Assembly: GCA_052387555.1 (NCBI GenBank)
Contig: JBQTJB010000006.1
Location: 1 to 62,422, forward strand
DNA length: 62,422 nucleotides
Reading direction: 5' to 3'
Origin: Blastocatellia bacterium
Lineage (GTDB): Bacteria; Acidobacteriota; Blastocatellia; Pyrinomonadales; Pyrinomonadaceae
Part shown: piece after piece, positions 27,911-36,435 of the stretch
Numbering within the stretch: the stretch's first letter is position 1
How the letters are laid out: each line of letters begins with the position of its first letter
Made by a program: the position numbers and the translations under genes
The notes under the pieces: model-generated
The model's input: the letters and a program-made list of their open reading frames with translations, nothing else
Told to the model about the DNA's origin: nothing
Databases searched by the model: none

Positions 27911-29446
27911 ATGAATCATTTCATCGCGATACTTCTTACCTTATCTCTAATCGTCTCGACCGTCGGACAATCAACCTCGTCGCTTTCAGTTCGTGAATTT
28001 CGCAAAGCGAACGAGCAACGACTTCTAAATGAATTCGTCGAGCTTCTCTCGATCCCAAACGTCGCCTCCGACACGCCGAATATTCGTAAGAACGCCGGCT
28101 ATCTCGTCGCCGAGATGCAGAAACGCGGGCTGAGACCGCGGCTGCTCGAGGCTGCTGACAAAAAAGTCCCGCCGGTGGTTTACGGAGAATGGGTGACGGC
28201 CGGCGCGGCGAAGACGGTGATCTTTTACGCGCATTATGACGGGCAGCCGACGGACCCGGCGGATTGGACGGGGAGCAAGCCGTGGGAGCCGGTATTGAGA
28301 ACGGCGGCGCTCGAGAAGGGCGGGAAGGATATTCCATTTCCGAAAGCAGGTGAAAGGATCGATCCTGAGTGGCGACTGTATGGGCGTTCGACGTCGGATG
28401 ACAAGGCTGGTGTGTTTGCGATGCTCACGGCGCTCGACGCTTTACGCGCTAAGAACATCAAGCCGACGGTCAATATCAAGTTTTTCTTCGAAGGCGAGGA
28501 AGAGGCAGGCTCGCCGAACCTTCGCGAGATACTGACAAAGAACAAGGAATTGCTTAAGGCCGACGCCTTTATCGTCTGCGACGGGCCGGTACATCAGTCG
28601 GGGCGAAAGCAGGTCGTCTTCGGCGTTCGCGGCGACGTTAATGTCGATCTTACCGTTTACGGAGCAAAGCGGCCGCTGCACAGCGGGCATTACGGCAACT
28701 GGTCTCCGAATCCCGCGATGCTGCTTGCCAGGCTTCTTGCGTCGATGAAAGACGCGGACGGGAACGTGACCGTCAAAGGCTGGTACGACGATGTCGAGCC
28801 GTTTGGGCCAGCCGAGATGAAGGCCCTCGCCGAGGCTCCGCGATATGACGAACAGCTAAAGCGCGAGCTTGGCATCGCCTACACTGAGGGCGGCGGCAAG
28901 AGCCTGCTCGAGCGTATCAGCCAGCCATCGCTCAATATCAACGGCATCAAAAGCGGCGATGTCGGCGAGAAGGCGCGAAATATCATACCGACGACGGCGA
29001 CAACGGTGCTCGACCTTCGCCTCGTAAAAGGCAACGATCACATTCGCCAGGTCGCAAAATTAAAGAGGCATATCGAATCGCAGGGCTACTACGTCATCGA
29101 TCGTGATCCCACAGACGAAGAGCGGCAGCGGCATCCGCTGATCGCAAAGTTTCAGCACGTTCCCGGCAGCTACAACGCCCAGCGGACAAAAATGGATCTT
29201 CCCATCTCGCTGGCGGTGATCGACGCGGTTCAGAGAACTTCGACGGAACCGATCATTCGAATGCCGAGCTTAGGCGGCAGTCTTCCGCTGTCTATCATCA
29301 CCGACGCCCTAAACCAGCCGACGATCACCGTACCGGTCGCAAACCACGACAATAATCAGCACGCCGAGAATGAGAACATACGCATTCAGAATTTGTGGGA
29401 CGGCATCGAGATTTTCGCATCACTCATGACGCTGAAATGGGATTAG
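27911..29446 (+). CDS. M20 family dipeptidase/peptidase, secreted
   Basis: YAHYDGQP, GRSTSDDKAG, FFFEGEEEAGSP. Confidence 0.85.
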   Translation: MNHFIAILLTLSLIVSTVGQSTSSLSVREFRKANEQRLLNEFVELLSIPNVASDTPNIRKNAGYLVAEMQKRGLRPRLLEAADKKVPPVVYGEWVTAGAAKTVIFYAHYDGQPTDPADWTGSKPWEPVLRTAALEKGGKDIPFPKAGERIDPEWRLYGRSTSDDKAGVFAMLTALDALRAKNIKPTVNIKFFFEGEEEAGSPNLREILTKNKELLKADAFIVCDGPVHQSGRKQVVFGVRGDVNVDLTVYGAKRPLHSGHYGNWSPNPAMLLARLLASMKDADGNVTVKGWYDDVEPFGPAEMKALAEAPRYDEQLKRELGIAYTEGGGKSLLERISQPSLNINGIKSGDVGEKARNIIPTTATTVLDLRLVKGNDHIRQVAKLKRHIESQGYYVIDRDPTDEERQRHPLIAKFQHVPGSYNAQRTKMDLPISLAVIDAVQRTSTEPIIRMPSLGGSLPLSIITDALNQPTITVPVANHDNNQHAENENIRIQNLWDGIEIFASLMTLKWD

Positions 29447-29550
29447 TCACAAAATAAGCGTGGACAAGAACGGCCCGGATCTTCGTGACAATTACAAAGG
29501 AAGACATCAACAGCCGCATTGAATTTGTTTTTTTATGAATCCGCGCTTAA

Positions 29551-29637
29551 CCTACGTCTGTCTGCGAAGAACTCGTCCGAAATTGGGAACGAGCGGCGGC
29601 AAAAGAAAGTATTCACAAGATCGATCCATTGGAGTAA
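29551..29637 (+). pseudogene. 3' remnant of a DUF4160-type gene (usual partner of DUF2442)
   Basis: Frame reads PTSVCEELVRNWERAAAKESIHKIDPLE*, ending 2 nt before the DUF2442 ATG. That is a typical DUF4160 C-terminus, but an in-frame TAA sits at 29548 and no N-terminal part is visible. Confidence 0.35.
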
Positions 29638-29639
29638 CT

Positions 29640-29882
29640 ATGAAAAATGGATACAAAAACGGGTACCTTCCCCGAGTTACCGAAGCTGATTATCTCGGCA
29701 ATTATCGGATAAAACTCACTTTCAGCAATGGTGAACAACGAATTGCTGATTGTGAGAAATGGATCGGCGGAGGCGTCTTTGAGCCGCTGAGAGACAAGAA
29801 TTTTTTTCAGAAGTTCTTCGTTGACGGTTGGACTATATCTTGGCCTAACGGCGCAGACATTGCCCCCGAAACACTCTACTAA
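29640..29882 (+). CDS. DUF2442 domain protein
   Basis: RVTEADYLGNYRIKLTFSNGEQRIADCEKW... pattern. GGAG lies 5 nt upstream of ATG 29640. Confidence 0.7.
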   Translation: MKNGYKNGYLPRVTEADYLGNYRIKLTFSNGEQRIADCEKWIGGGVFEPLRDKNFFQKFFVDGWTISWPNGADIAPETLY

Positions 29883-29997
29883 GATGGCGAACCGATCAAA
29901 GACTGAGGTATCTCTGTCGCCTACCCCCACTGGTCGTGGATTTCACCCTGCCGAAGAGCCATGATGTTGAAAAAGCGGCCCTTGAGTCAGTAAAGTA

Positions 29998-30026
29998 TTG
30001 ATGTTTGCGAAAAATAGGTATAGTAT
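29998..30026 (+). promoter_or_regulatory. possible sigma70-type promoter for the small peptide gene
   Basis: TTGATG, then a 15-17 nt spacer, then TATAGT or TAGTAT. Confidence 0.3.
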
Positions 30027-30116
30027 CAACGATGCGTTCGGGCAAATGCCGCCGAATCGGTGCCGGCGGCAGATCAGATTGCCCATACCCATTGCACCAT
30101 ATACAGGAGAAAACCG

Positions 30117-30326
30117 ATGAGGAAAAAAATTGCATCATTGATGCTCCTCTTGACCTTCACAATAGCCTCTGTCGGTGTTGTAAGCGCTTCTATTTACAAC
30201 GAAAAACGTTACAGCCAGTGCCACGATGCAGACGGAAAATTCATCGAAAGCAAGGACTGTGATCCGACTTCCTGCGGTTGTTTGTTCCATGAAATCGAAG
30301 AGTTTATAAAAGGACTGTTCGATTAG
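30117..30326 (+). CDS. small secreted Cys-containing protein (69 aa)
   Basis: CAGGAGA RBS, signal peptide MRKKIASLMLLLTFTIASVGVVSA, and 4 Cys in the mature part. Confidence 0.5.
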   Translation: MRKKIASLMLLLTFTIASVGVVSASIYNEKRYSQCHDADGKFIESKDCDPTSCGCLFHEIEEFIKGLFD

Positions 30327-30376
30327 TTTTTTTGGCCCCAAGTAGCTTGCAGTAAAGGAACTTCCCGAAAAAATAA

Positions 30377-30416
30377 AAGTCCAAGCGAAATTTCGTCTTG
30401 GACTTTTTTCTTTTTT
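30377..30416 (+). terminator. rho-independent terminator
   Basis: aagtccaag-cgaaatttcgt-cttggactt followed by a T-run. Confidence 0.7.
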
Positions 30417-30578
30417 CCCCGGGAAAAGGGAACCGCTTCTCGGCGGCTCCCCTCCCTTTGTAGCTTAAAGGAATGAGTCCGAATCGCTCCGGACTCACGT
30501 AAGATTCCGATAAAGTCTGTCAATCGCAAATAATATTTCAACAACCAGTCTAAATTCGCCTATGAATGGAGTATTAAG

Positions 30579-31379
30579 TTAAAACGAAGCCAATTTATAG
30601 ACGCCGGTTGCCAGCCTTTCTGCGAATTTTTCATCTACCAACTGATGGTTTGCCAGTCCCGATTCCCATCGGTAAAACCCGAATTTGCCCGAGAGTTCGC
30701 CTAGCAGCGTTATTCCGCACATTTGCAGATAGCAGCGGGCAAGTTCGCGGACGGCTTCGTTACGCGGCATCTTGATGTCCATTTCTTCGGGAAACCGCGC
30801 TTCGGCGAGCGTCCAGATGTAAGTAAATTTCGGGACGTAAACGACCTCGGCGGGGACGACCTTCATGCGGCGTTGGAGTTCGTCGATCGCTTTTGTCAGG
30901 TCTTTCTTGTCCTTGAACCCGCATTCCGCTCGCAGGTCGCTCGTCGCCATTTCCCATTCCTTGCGGAGCACTTTCAACACAGCTTGCGCGTTTTTCGAAA
31001 GAATTCCGCTCTCGCCTTTTCGCGAACAGCCCCAAAGAGCATTGAAAACGGGAATCATCCGTCGCGAAAGAAACATCGAATGGCCCTTCACCAATTTTGC
31101 GTAATAGACGCGTCCGCGCGCGATAACTTCGTCTTTCAAAACCCACGCCTTGCTTGCCTCGGGGTCTTTCTGAACATTTCGCGGCATATGCGCGTCGCGG
31201 CGGCCGCAGACGGCGATGTAAACGGACGGAAGATTTTTGCGCACGTCAGTCAGACCGAGACAAAAGCCCAGATCTTCAACTATTGCCTCGACCTGCTCGG
31301 CAGTTTCAATCTTGAGCGAATCCTCACGCCGCCACTTGCGGTCGCGGTATTGTTCGATCTCTTCGGGCAGCTCACGCAT
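30579..31379 (-). CDS. winged-helix protein, AlkZ/YcaQ-related (tentative)
   Basis: 266-aa ORF with clear coding character. The family assignment comes from general resemblance only. Confidence 0.45.
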   Translation of the reverse strand: MRELPEEIEQYRDRKWRREDSLKIETAEQVEAIVEDLGFCLGLTDVRKNLPSVYIAVCGRRDAHMPRNVQKDPEASKAWVLKDEVIARGRVYYAKLVKGHSMFLSRRMIPVFNALWGCSRKGESGILSKNAQAVLKVLRKEWEMATSDLRAECGFKDKKDLTKAIDELQRRMKVVPAEVVYVPKFTYIWTLAEARFPEEMDIKMPRNEAVRELARCYLQMCGITLLGELSGKFGFYRWESGLANHQLVDEKFAERLATGVYKLASF

Positions 31380-31387
31380 ATATAGTT

Positions 31388-31530
31388 AACCGCAGATGAA
31401 CGCAGATTTACGCGGATGGGATATGATAGTCAAAAAGAAAATGCCGGGCAATCTTGTGAACGCCCGGCCCTATTTTTGTTAGAAGATCGTCTTCTAACCT
31501 ATTTGTGTTTATCCGTGTCCATTTGCGGTT
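31388..31530. repeat. inverted arrays of a 10-nt unit flanking a terminator hairpin
   Basis: aac cgcagatgaa cgcagattta cgcggatggg (31388-31420) against atttgtgttt atccgtgtcc atttgcggtt (31501-30). 21 of 30 positions match plus 5 G-U compatible, by hand. Confidence 0.7.
31429..31468 (-). terminator. rho-independent terminator of the 31529-33130 gene
   Basis: gccgggc...gcccggc stem followed on the minus strand by attttcttttt. Confidence 0.6.
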
Positions 31531-33130
31531 AGTTTTCCCTTGTCTGAGCCTGCTGCCTTACAGGTGAAGAAGACTGCACGGTGACAGTAGAACCTGGCAT
31601 AAGGCGAACGTCGTCTCGGCCGGTTGCGATAACGGAACCTGCTCCGGCTCCGCCGCCGATCACTGCTCCTATCACAGCACCCTTGGCTCCGCCGATGATC
31701 GCGCCGAGGATAGCACCGGCACCGGCGCCAAGGCCGCCTCGTTTAGCGGTTTCCTTGGTTTGGCTGTCGCCCTTGGCCGTGCCCTCGGTGTCCACCTTAA
31801 CCGTCTTGCCGTTCTGGTCGGTCACGCCTTGCAGTACGCCGGCAAAGTCGTAAACCTTTCCGTTTCTTAGGGTTATTCGTTCAAAATTGAACGTAACATT
31901 CGAACGTCCGGAAACCTGGCCCGAACGGCCCACGCCCGAAATATAACCTTCGATAACGGCGCCGCGATACTCGGCCGGTGTTTGCACGGTTAACTTAAAG
32001 CGGTCGTTGTTTTGCGAAGCTTTCGTGTTGATCTCGTTTTCGAGTATGCCGGTAACGACGGTTCCGTTCGGGACCAGAAACTCACCGATTCGCGGCTGGC
32101 TAAGGGTCGGGTTCGGGCTGTTCGCGCCCGCACGATCGTTCGGGTCGTTGCTTGAATAAGCACCGCTGTCATTGCTGCCGCCGTCTATTCCAAGCTGCGC
32201 CGTTGCATCGGTCTTATTGTAGATGCTTTCCGCGAAGATAGTTTCACGCAAATAATCTGTCGTGATCCGCCGTGTTACTTTCATAGAGCGGCCATTGTCC
32301 ATCGACTGAAAAGTAACTGTATAATCCGTCTCGCCTCCAATGCTGGAAACCGTAAGCTGTTCGCCGCGAAGCGTAGCTCGAACGCGCACCGTTCGTCCGC
32401 CGGATTGCTCTGTTTTTTCTCGTCCGTCGGCGACAAATGTTATCGGCGAAGCTTTTGTCGAAGCAAGCGATACCTGGTTTCCGCGAATATCGATAGCGAC
32501 CTGTTCGGGTGCTTCGAGCTTGGTTTCGAGGTCCTGCTTCTGCGACGCACCGACGTTGGAGTTCGCCAAAATATCCGCCGTGCTTTCGCTCCTTGAAGCG
32601 TCAAGCCGGTATGTACCGGTCAGCCCGGCATTCAACGCTGTGCCGGCGCGAACCGGAGCAGGCGTATTATTGGTTGGAAAATCGTTACTGCCGCCTTCCC
32701 AATCCGGCGTTACGCCGTAATTAGCCGCGAGGCGTTCCATAAGTTCACGCACGCCGCTCCAATCGTCCTCGATCTGGCGGTTGGCCTTTCCGCTCGACAG
32801 ATATTCGTTTATCGGCATTGCGGCGGCAAGAATTTCGTTCACATCATCACGGTTTTCGCGCCGCTGGTTGAGATTATCTTCGAAGGCGCGCGCCTTGGTT
32901 TGCAGTTCTCGGAGATCGGCCGTTACATTTGCTATCTCCTGCCGGTCTGCCGAGCTGCTGCGAAGCTGATAACCGAGCTTATACTGCACATCTTCGATCT
33001 TCGAATTCAGGCTGCGAACAACGTCGCGCATTTCGCGGTCGTTACGCCGCTGTGCGTTCGCCTCAAACGCGAAACCTGAAAAAACCAATCCGATCAAAAC
33101 AAACGCTGACACCGCAATTTGAAAACGTCG
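31529..33130 (-). CDS. secreted protein with C-terminal glycine-zipper segment
   Basis: Signal peptide from MRRFQIAVSAFVLIGLVF. C-terminus GGLGAGAGAILGAIIGGAKGAVIGAVIGGGAGAG. Confidence 0.65.
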   Translation of the reverse strand, partial: RRFQIAVSAFVLIGLVFSGFAFEANAQRRNDREMRDVVRSLNSKIEDVQYKLGYQLRSSSADRQEIANVTADLRELQTKARAFEDNLNQRRENRDDVNEILAAAMPINEYLSSGKANRQIEDDWSGVRELMERLAANYGVTPDWEGGSNDFPTNNTPAPVRAGTALNAGLTGTYRLDASRSESTADILANSNVGASQKQDLETKLEAPEQVAIDIRGNQVSLASTKASPITFVADGREKTEQSGGRTVRVRATLRGEQLTVSSIGGETDYTVTFQSMDNGRSMKVTRRITTDYLRETIFAESIYNKTDATAQLGIDGGSNDSGAYSSNDPNDRAGANSPNPTLSQPRIGEFLVPNGTVVTGILENEINTKASQNNDRFKLTVQTPAEYRGAVIEGYISGVGRSGQVSGRSNVTFNFERITLRNGKVYDFAGVLQGVTDQNGKTVKVDTEGTAKGDSQTKETAKRGGLGAGAGAILGAIIGGAKGAVIGAVIGGGAGAGSVIATGRDDVRLMPGSTVTVQSSSPVRQQAQTREN

Positions 33131-33299
33131 CATAACTGTATCTCCTAAATAAATAAAAGCAAACGGCACACTTCTGGCCGCTGGTTTTGAAGCATTTTCC
33201 GTACCAAAAGTTGTTCGTGTAATCCCGCATCGCTTTCATAACAGTGTCTTATGGTATGATTTCGATACATTTCGAGTCTAATCGGACGAGGTTTTTTTG

Positions 33300-33725
33300 A
33301 TGGCAGGGAACACTTACAAAGCGACCGTGCAATACGCGGGCGATGATTTTTTTATCGGCACGCCACCCAGCGGCCACGCACAAGTTATTGATACAAAAGG
33401 CGATAGAAAGGCCGCACCGACGCCCGTCGAAATGCTTCTGATTTCCGTAGCGGCCTGCACCGCCGCCGATGTCATCTCGATCTTACTGAAAAAACGCCAG
33501 GACGTGACCGATTACCGCGTCGAAATAACCGGGACGCGGGCAGACGACCACCCGCGAAAGTTTCTCAAGTTTCACGTTCACCATATCGTGCACGGGCGTA
33601 GCGTTTCGGAAAAGGCCGTGGCCGACGCCATCGAACTCTCCGACACAAAATACTGCTCCGTCGCCGCCACAGTCCGCCCGACTGCAACCATCACAACGAG
33701 CTACGAGATCGTCGAGGTCGCGTAG
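33300..33725 (+). CDS. OsmC family peroxiredoxin-like protein
   Basis: PVEMLLISVAACTAADV and SDTKYCSVAATV (the two conserved Cys). Confidence 0.85.
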   Translation: MAGNTYKATVQYAGDDFFIGTPPSGHAQVIDTKGDRKAAPTPVEMLLISVAACTAADVISILLKKRQDVTDYRVEITGTRADDHPRKFLKFHVHHIVHGRSVSEKAVADAIELSDTKYCSVAATVRPTATITTSYEIVEVA

Positions 33726-33751
33726 TTGATTCACCGAAGTGGTTTCGGGAA

Positions 33752-34723
33752 TTATTTGAACGAAATATCTTTGGGAACAACAACTGCTTCCCTAAATGCG
33801 AGTTTCCGTTTCTTAGCTATTTTGCTGTCCTTCAATTCAATGCGCAGCTTTCTGGAAAGTCCATCACGGCTTGTATTTGTCGACCGATATTTTACTGAAT
33901 ACTGCGAGCGAAGTTCGATAAGTATCGATTTCAACCGAGCCAGCATTTCTGACTCGGAAAAGTTTTCACTTAATGTGTGAGCATTACCGCCGGTTAGGAA
34001 GGCCGTCTGGTGAACCAGCGTTTCCGCCGTTGTCTTTGAGTTCCTGATCCCAAAACTATTACGCTGATCTGAGAGGCCTCCGGTCAATGCAAGTGAATAC
34101 ACCGGGATACTCGAGGAATCGGCAAGCGCAAACAGTTGTTCCGCAGAATGATAGCTGGCGCGGTCTTCTGCATCAGAGATCAGCAGCATCGCAAATCGGC
34201 GTTCCGGCCTGATCTTTCTTGCCTCCGCCGATTTTTCGAGTGCAAGAAACAGCGCGTCTATCACGGCGGACTGACCGCCTGCGATGAAAAGGTTATTGAC
34301 GGCTTTTAGCAAGTCGTCCCTATTGCGGGTCCAATCCGGGTAAATTTCTATCGACTCCCCTCCGACAAAACGAACAATGGCCGCCTCATCACCTTCGTTG
34401 AGGTTGACGACAGCAATGCCCGCTGCCTGAACGATGCGGTCAATTTTGGAGCGCATGGAACCCGTGTTATCGACGACCAACATCAGCGAAACGTTTGGCG
34501 GATTCTTTTCGAGCGACACGACCATTTGCTCGACATCGTTCTCAAACAGGCGCAGATCTTCGGCTTTTACATCAGAGACAAACCTGTCAGCGCCGTCTAG
34601 AACCATTAGATTCGCCGTAATCTCCACCTGATTGTTCGAGCCCTTAGCTGGCCTCTGGCCAGCGAGATTGACGATTCCTAAAAGGATAACTAATGCGACA
34701 GTTAAAGGAGTACATTTTTTCAT
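33752..34723 (-). CDS. secreted VWA domain protein (acidobacterial VWFA-related type)
   Basis: MIDAS-like LVVDNTGSM, LLISDAED, signal peptide. Confidence 0.8.
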   Translation of the reverse strand: MKKCTPLTVALVILLGIVNLAGQRPAKGSNNQVEITANLMVLDGADRFVSDVKAEDLRLFENDVEQMVVSLEKNPPNVSLMLVVDNTGSMRSKIDRIVQAAGIAVVNLNEGDEAAIVRFVGGESIEIYPDWTRNRDDLLKAVNNLFIAGGQSAVIDALFLALEKSAEARKIRPERRFAMLLISDAEDRASYHSAEQLFALADSSSIPVYSLALTGGLSDQRNSFGIRNSKTTAETLVHQTAFLTGGNAHTLSENFSESEMLARLKSILIELRSQYSVKYRSTNTSRDGLSRKLRIELKDSKIAKKRKLAFREAVVVPKDISFK

Positions 34724-35086
34724 TTTAGTTGTCCCTGATTATACATCGTCCGATCCGAAACCGTGCCATATTTGGGGCTGGGATACCACAATTAAGGCTC
34801 CGATAACACATTTTTAAGCTCCAGACAGGCATTCTGAATGAGGTTTGGAAAAAGTATTTGCGAGACGATGCGGCGGGGCGATGGGCGAACCGTACATGAC
34901 GATGAACAACCGCGAACGGTGCAGTTATTTTTTGCCACGGTGAATAACCGGATCGGAATAAAACCGGCACAGCCCGCCGCACGCGATGCATTTCCGTTAG
35001 CAAAAAAACCGGCCGACACGGCAACCGCTTGATCCCTGCATTTCGCCTGATGCACGAATTCGATATAGAAACGGTGCAACCTTGGG

Positions 35087-35116
35087 GATTCGGTCGCTAT
35101 CGCTCCCGGTTCTGAC
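35087..35116. repeat. REP-like unit, family 1
   Basis: gattcggtcgctatcgctcccggttctgac. Its core cggtcgctatcg..c.cggttc.gac matches the reverse complement of 56825-56855 in 23 of 26 positions by hand. Confidence 0.75.
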
Positions 35117-35190
35117 ATACTCGCAGATTTTCGCGCGGGCGAGCAGGCAAAGCTTTTACGCTGCACTTTTTGCTATTATGTGAGAATCCT

Positions 35191-35399
35191 ATGAAACACG
35201 TTCTTAAAATTGCCGCGGTTGGCCTATTGTTTTTCACGTCAGCCGTATTTGCACAGGTTCCGGTGGCGACGCAGGTTGCAATATTGAGAGCCGAGGACTC
35301 GCGCGACTATGACGGGCTTAAGCCATTTATATTCAGCAGGAATCTGGCGGTTCAAAAACGTGCTGTTTTGGCGGCCGGGCGGATCGGTGCTGGGGGAAA
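35191..35399 (+). pseudogene. N-terminal fragment of a secreted HEAT-repeat-like protein, fused in frame to the RAYT remnant
   Basis: Signal peptide, then ILRAEDSRDYDGL...VQKRAVLAAGRIG. The sequence then switches abruptly to transposase-like sequence. Confidence 0.45.
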
Positions 35400-35746
35400 G
35401 CATCGCGCGCATGTTGAAGCGGCTGTTAGAGAGGTTTGCGAATTCAAGGGTTTTGGATTGTCTGCATTGAACGTCAGAACAAACCATGTACATTCAGTCG
35501 TTTCCGCCCAATCCAAACCTGAACAGATCGCGACCGCTTTCAAGGCTTATTCAACGAGAAGATTTCGCGCCGAGAATCTGGTCGGCCCCGAGCAAAAAAA
35601 TACGGTCTCGCGGCGAAAGTACGCGATACTTGTGGAAGGAGCAGTTTGTTGAGTGTGCTATCGATTATGTCCTCAACGGACAAGGGAGTGATCTGCCGGA
35701 CTGGTTTTGGCAGTTGAACTATGCAGAAAATCGAACCGCGTCATAA
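35400..35746 (+). pseudogene. 5'-truncated, frameshifted REP-associated tyrosine transposase (RAYT / IS200-like Y1)
   Basis: REVCEFKGFGLSALNVRTNHVHSVVSAQSKPEQIATAFKAYSTRRFR carries the HUH motif HVH. The frame shifts in the A7 run at 35594-35600. The continuation STRYLWKEQFVECAIDYVLNGQG is in the frame that ends at 35746. Confidence 0.6.
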
Positions 35747-36245
35747 ATTCGACGTGACGACAAAAGAAGAACGCCGAAAGATAGAGATCGATGAAGGCCT
35801 CGAAAATCTAAGCCATTATCTTGACGGACTTTTTCGCGTTCCCGGAACGACTTGGCGGTTCGGACTTGATTCGCTGATCGGGCTGATCCCGAACGTCGGC
35901 GACACGCTCACGTCGTTTGCTTCGTTTTACATTTTGCTTGCCGGCGTCCGTTACGGCGTGCCGAAGATAACGCTGCTGCGGATGGCCTTTAACATCGGTG
36001 TGGATTATGTCGTCGGGACTATTCCGTTTATCGGCGATGCTTTCGACTTCATATGGAAATCGAACAATCAGAACATGGAACTCATCCGCACGCGTGCTAC
36101 CGGCGAGGGAAAAGGCACGACGAGCGACTACGTTTTCGTCTTCGGAATCATCGGCTTTTTGATCTTGCTTCTTATCGGCTCGATTCTGGTCAGTGTCTAC
36201 ATCATCGGAGCGATTTTCTGGGGATTGTTTACGTGGAATATCTAG
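35721..36245 (+). CDS. DUF4112 domain membrane protein
   Basis: LDSLIGLIPNVGD...DYVVGTIPFIGDAFDFIWKSN pattern. Confidence 0.75.
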   Translation: MQKIEPRHKFDVTTKEERRKIEIDEGLENLSHYLDGLFRVPGTTWRFGLDSLIGLIPNVGDTLTSFASFYILLAGVRYGVPKITLLRMAFNIGVDYVVGTIPFIGDAFDFIWKSNNQNMELIRTRATGEGKGTTSDYVFVFGIIGFLILLLIGSILVSVYIIGAIFWGLFTWNI

Positions 36246-36274
36246 GCGGAAACACGACCGTTAGGGAGCGTGTG
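36245..36274. repeat. REP-like unit, family 2
   Basis: ggcggaaacacgaccgttagggagcgtgtg against 19329-19356, 25 of 28 identical by hand. A weak partner (gtgttccgc) lies at 36323-36331. Confidence 0.75.
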
Positions 36275-36435
36275 TATTACCTCTGCATACCTTCGAATGG
36301 AATGATAACTGCCGGTGAAATAGTGTTCCGCACGCTTTTTCCAATGGAAATGGCCTAAATTAAACCTGAACAGTAATTAAGGTGTTCTACCTGCCGGAGC
36401 ACTTTATCGTGGGACATTTCACAAACTGCAATTAC

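Noticed and set aside
34940-34990. Cobalamin-riboswitch-like core sequence.
   Set aside because: Only a short GGTGAA...CCGGCACAGCCCGCC resemblance exists. I could find no B12 box or complete helix set, and the flanking genes have no link to cobalamin. Retained only as a low-interest item to scan with Rfam.
35170-35652. The 160-aa track ORF as a genuine single protein.
   Set aside because: The sequence changes abruptly from a secreted HEAT-like N-terminus to the middle of a Y1 transposase. The transposase continues in another frame after an A7 run, so it is better explained as a fusion or pseudogene.
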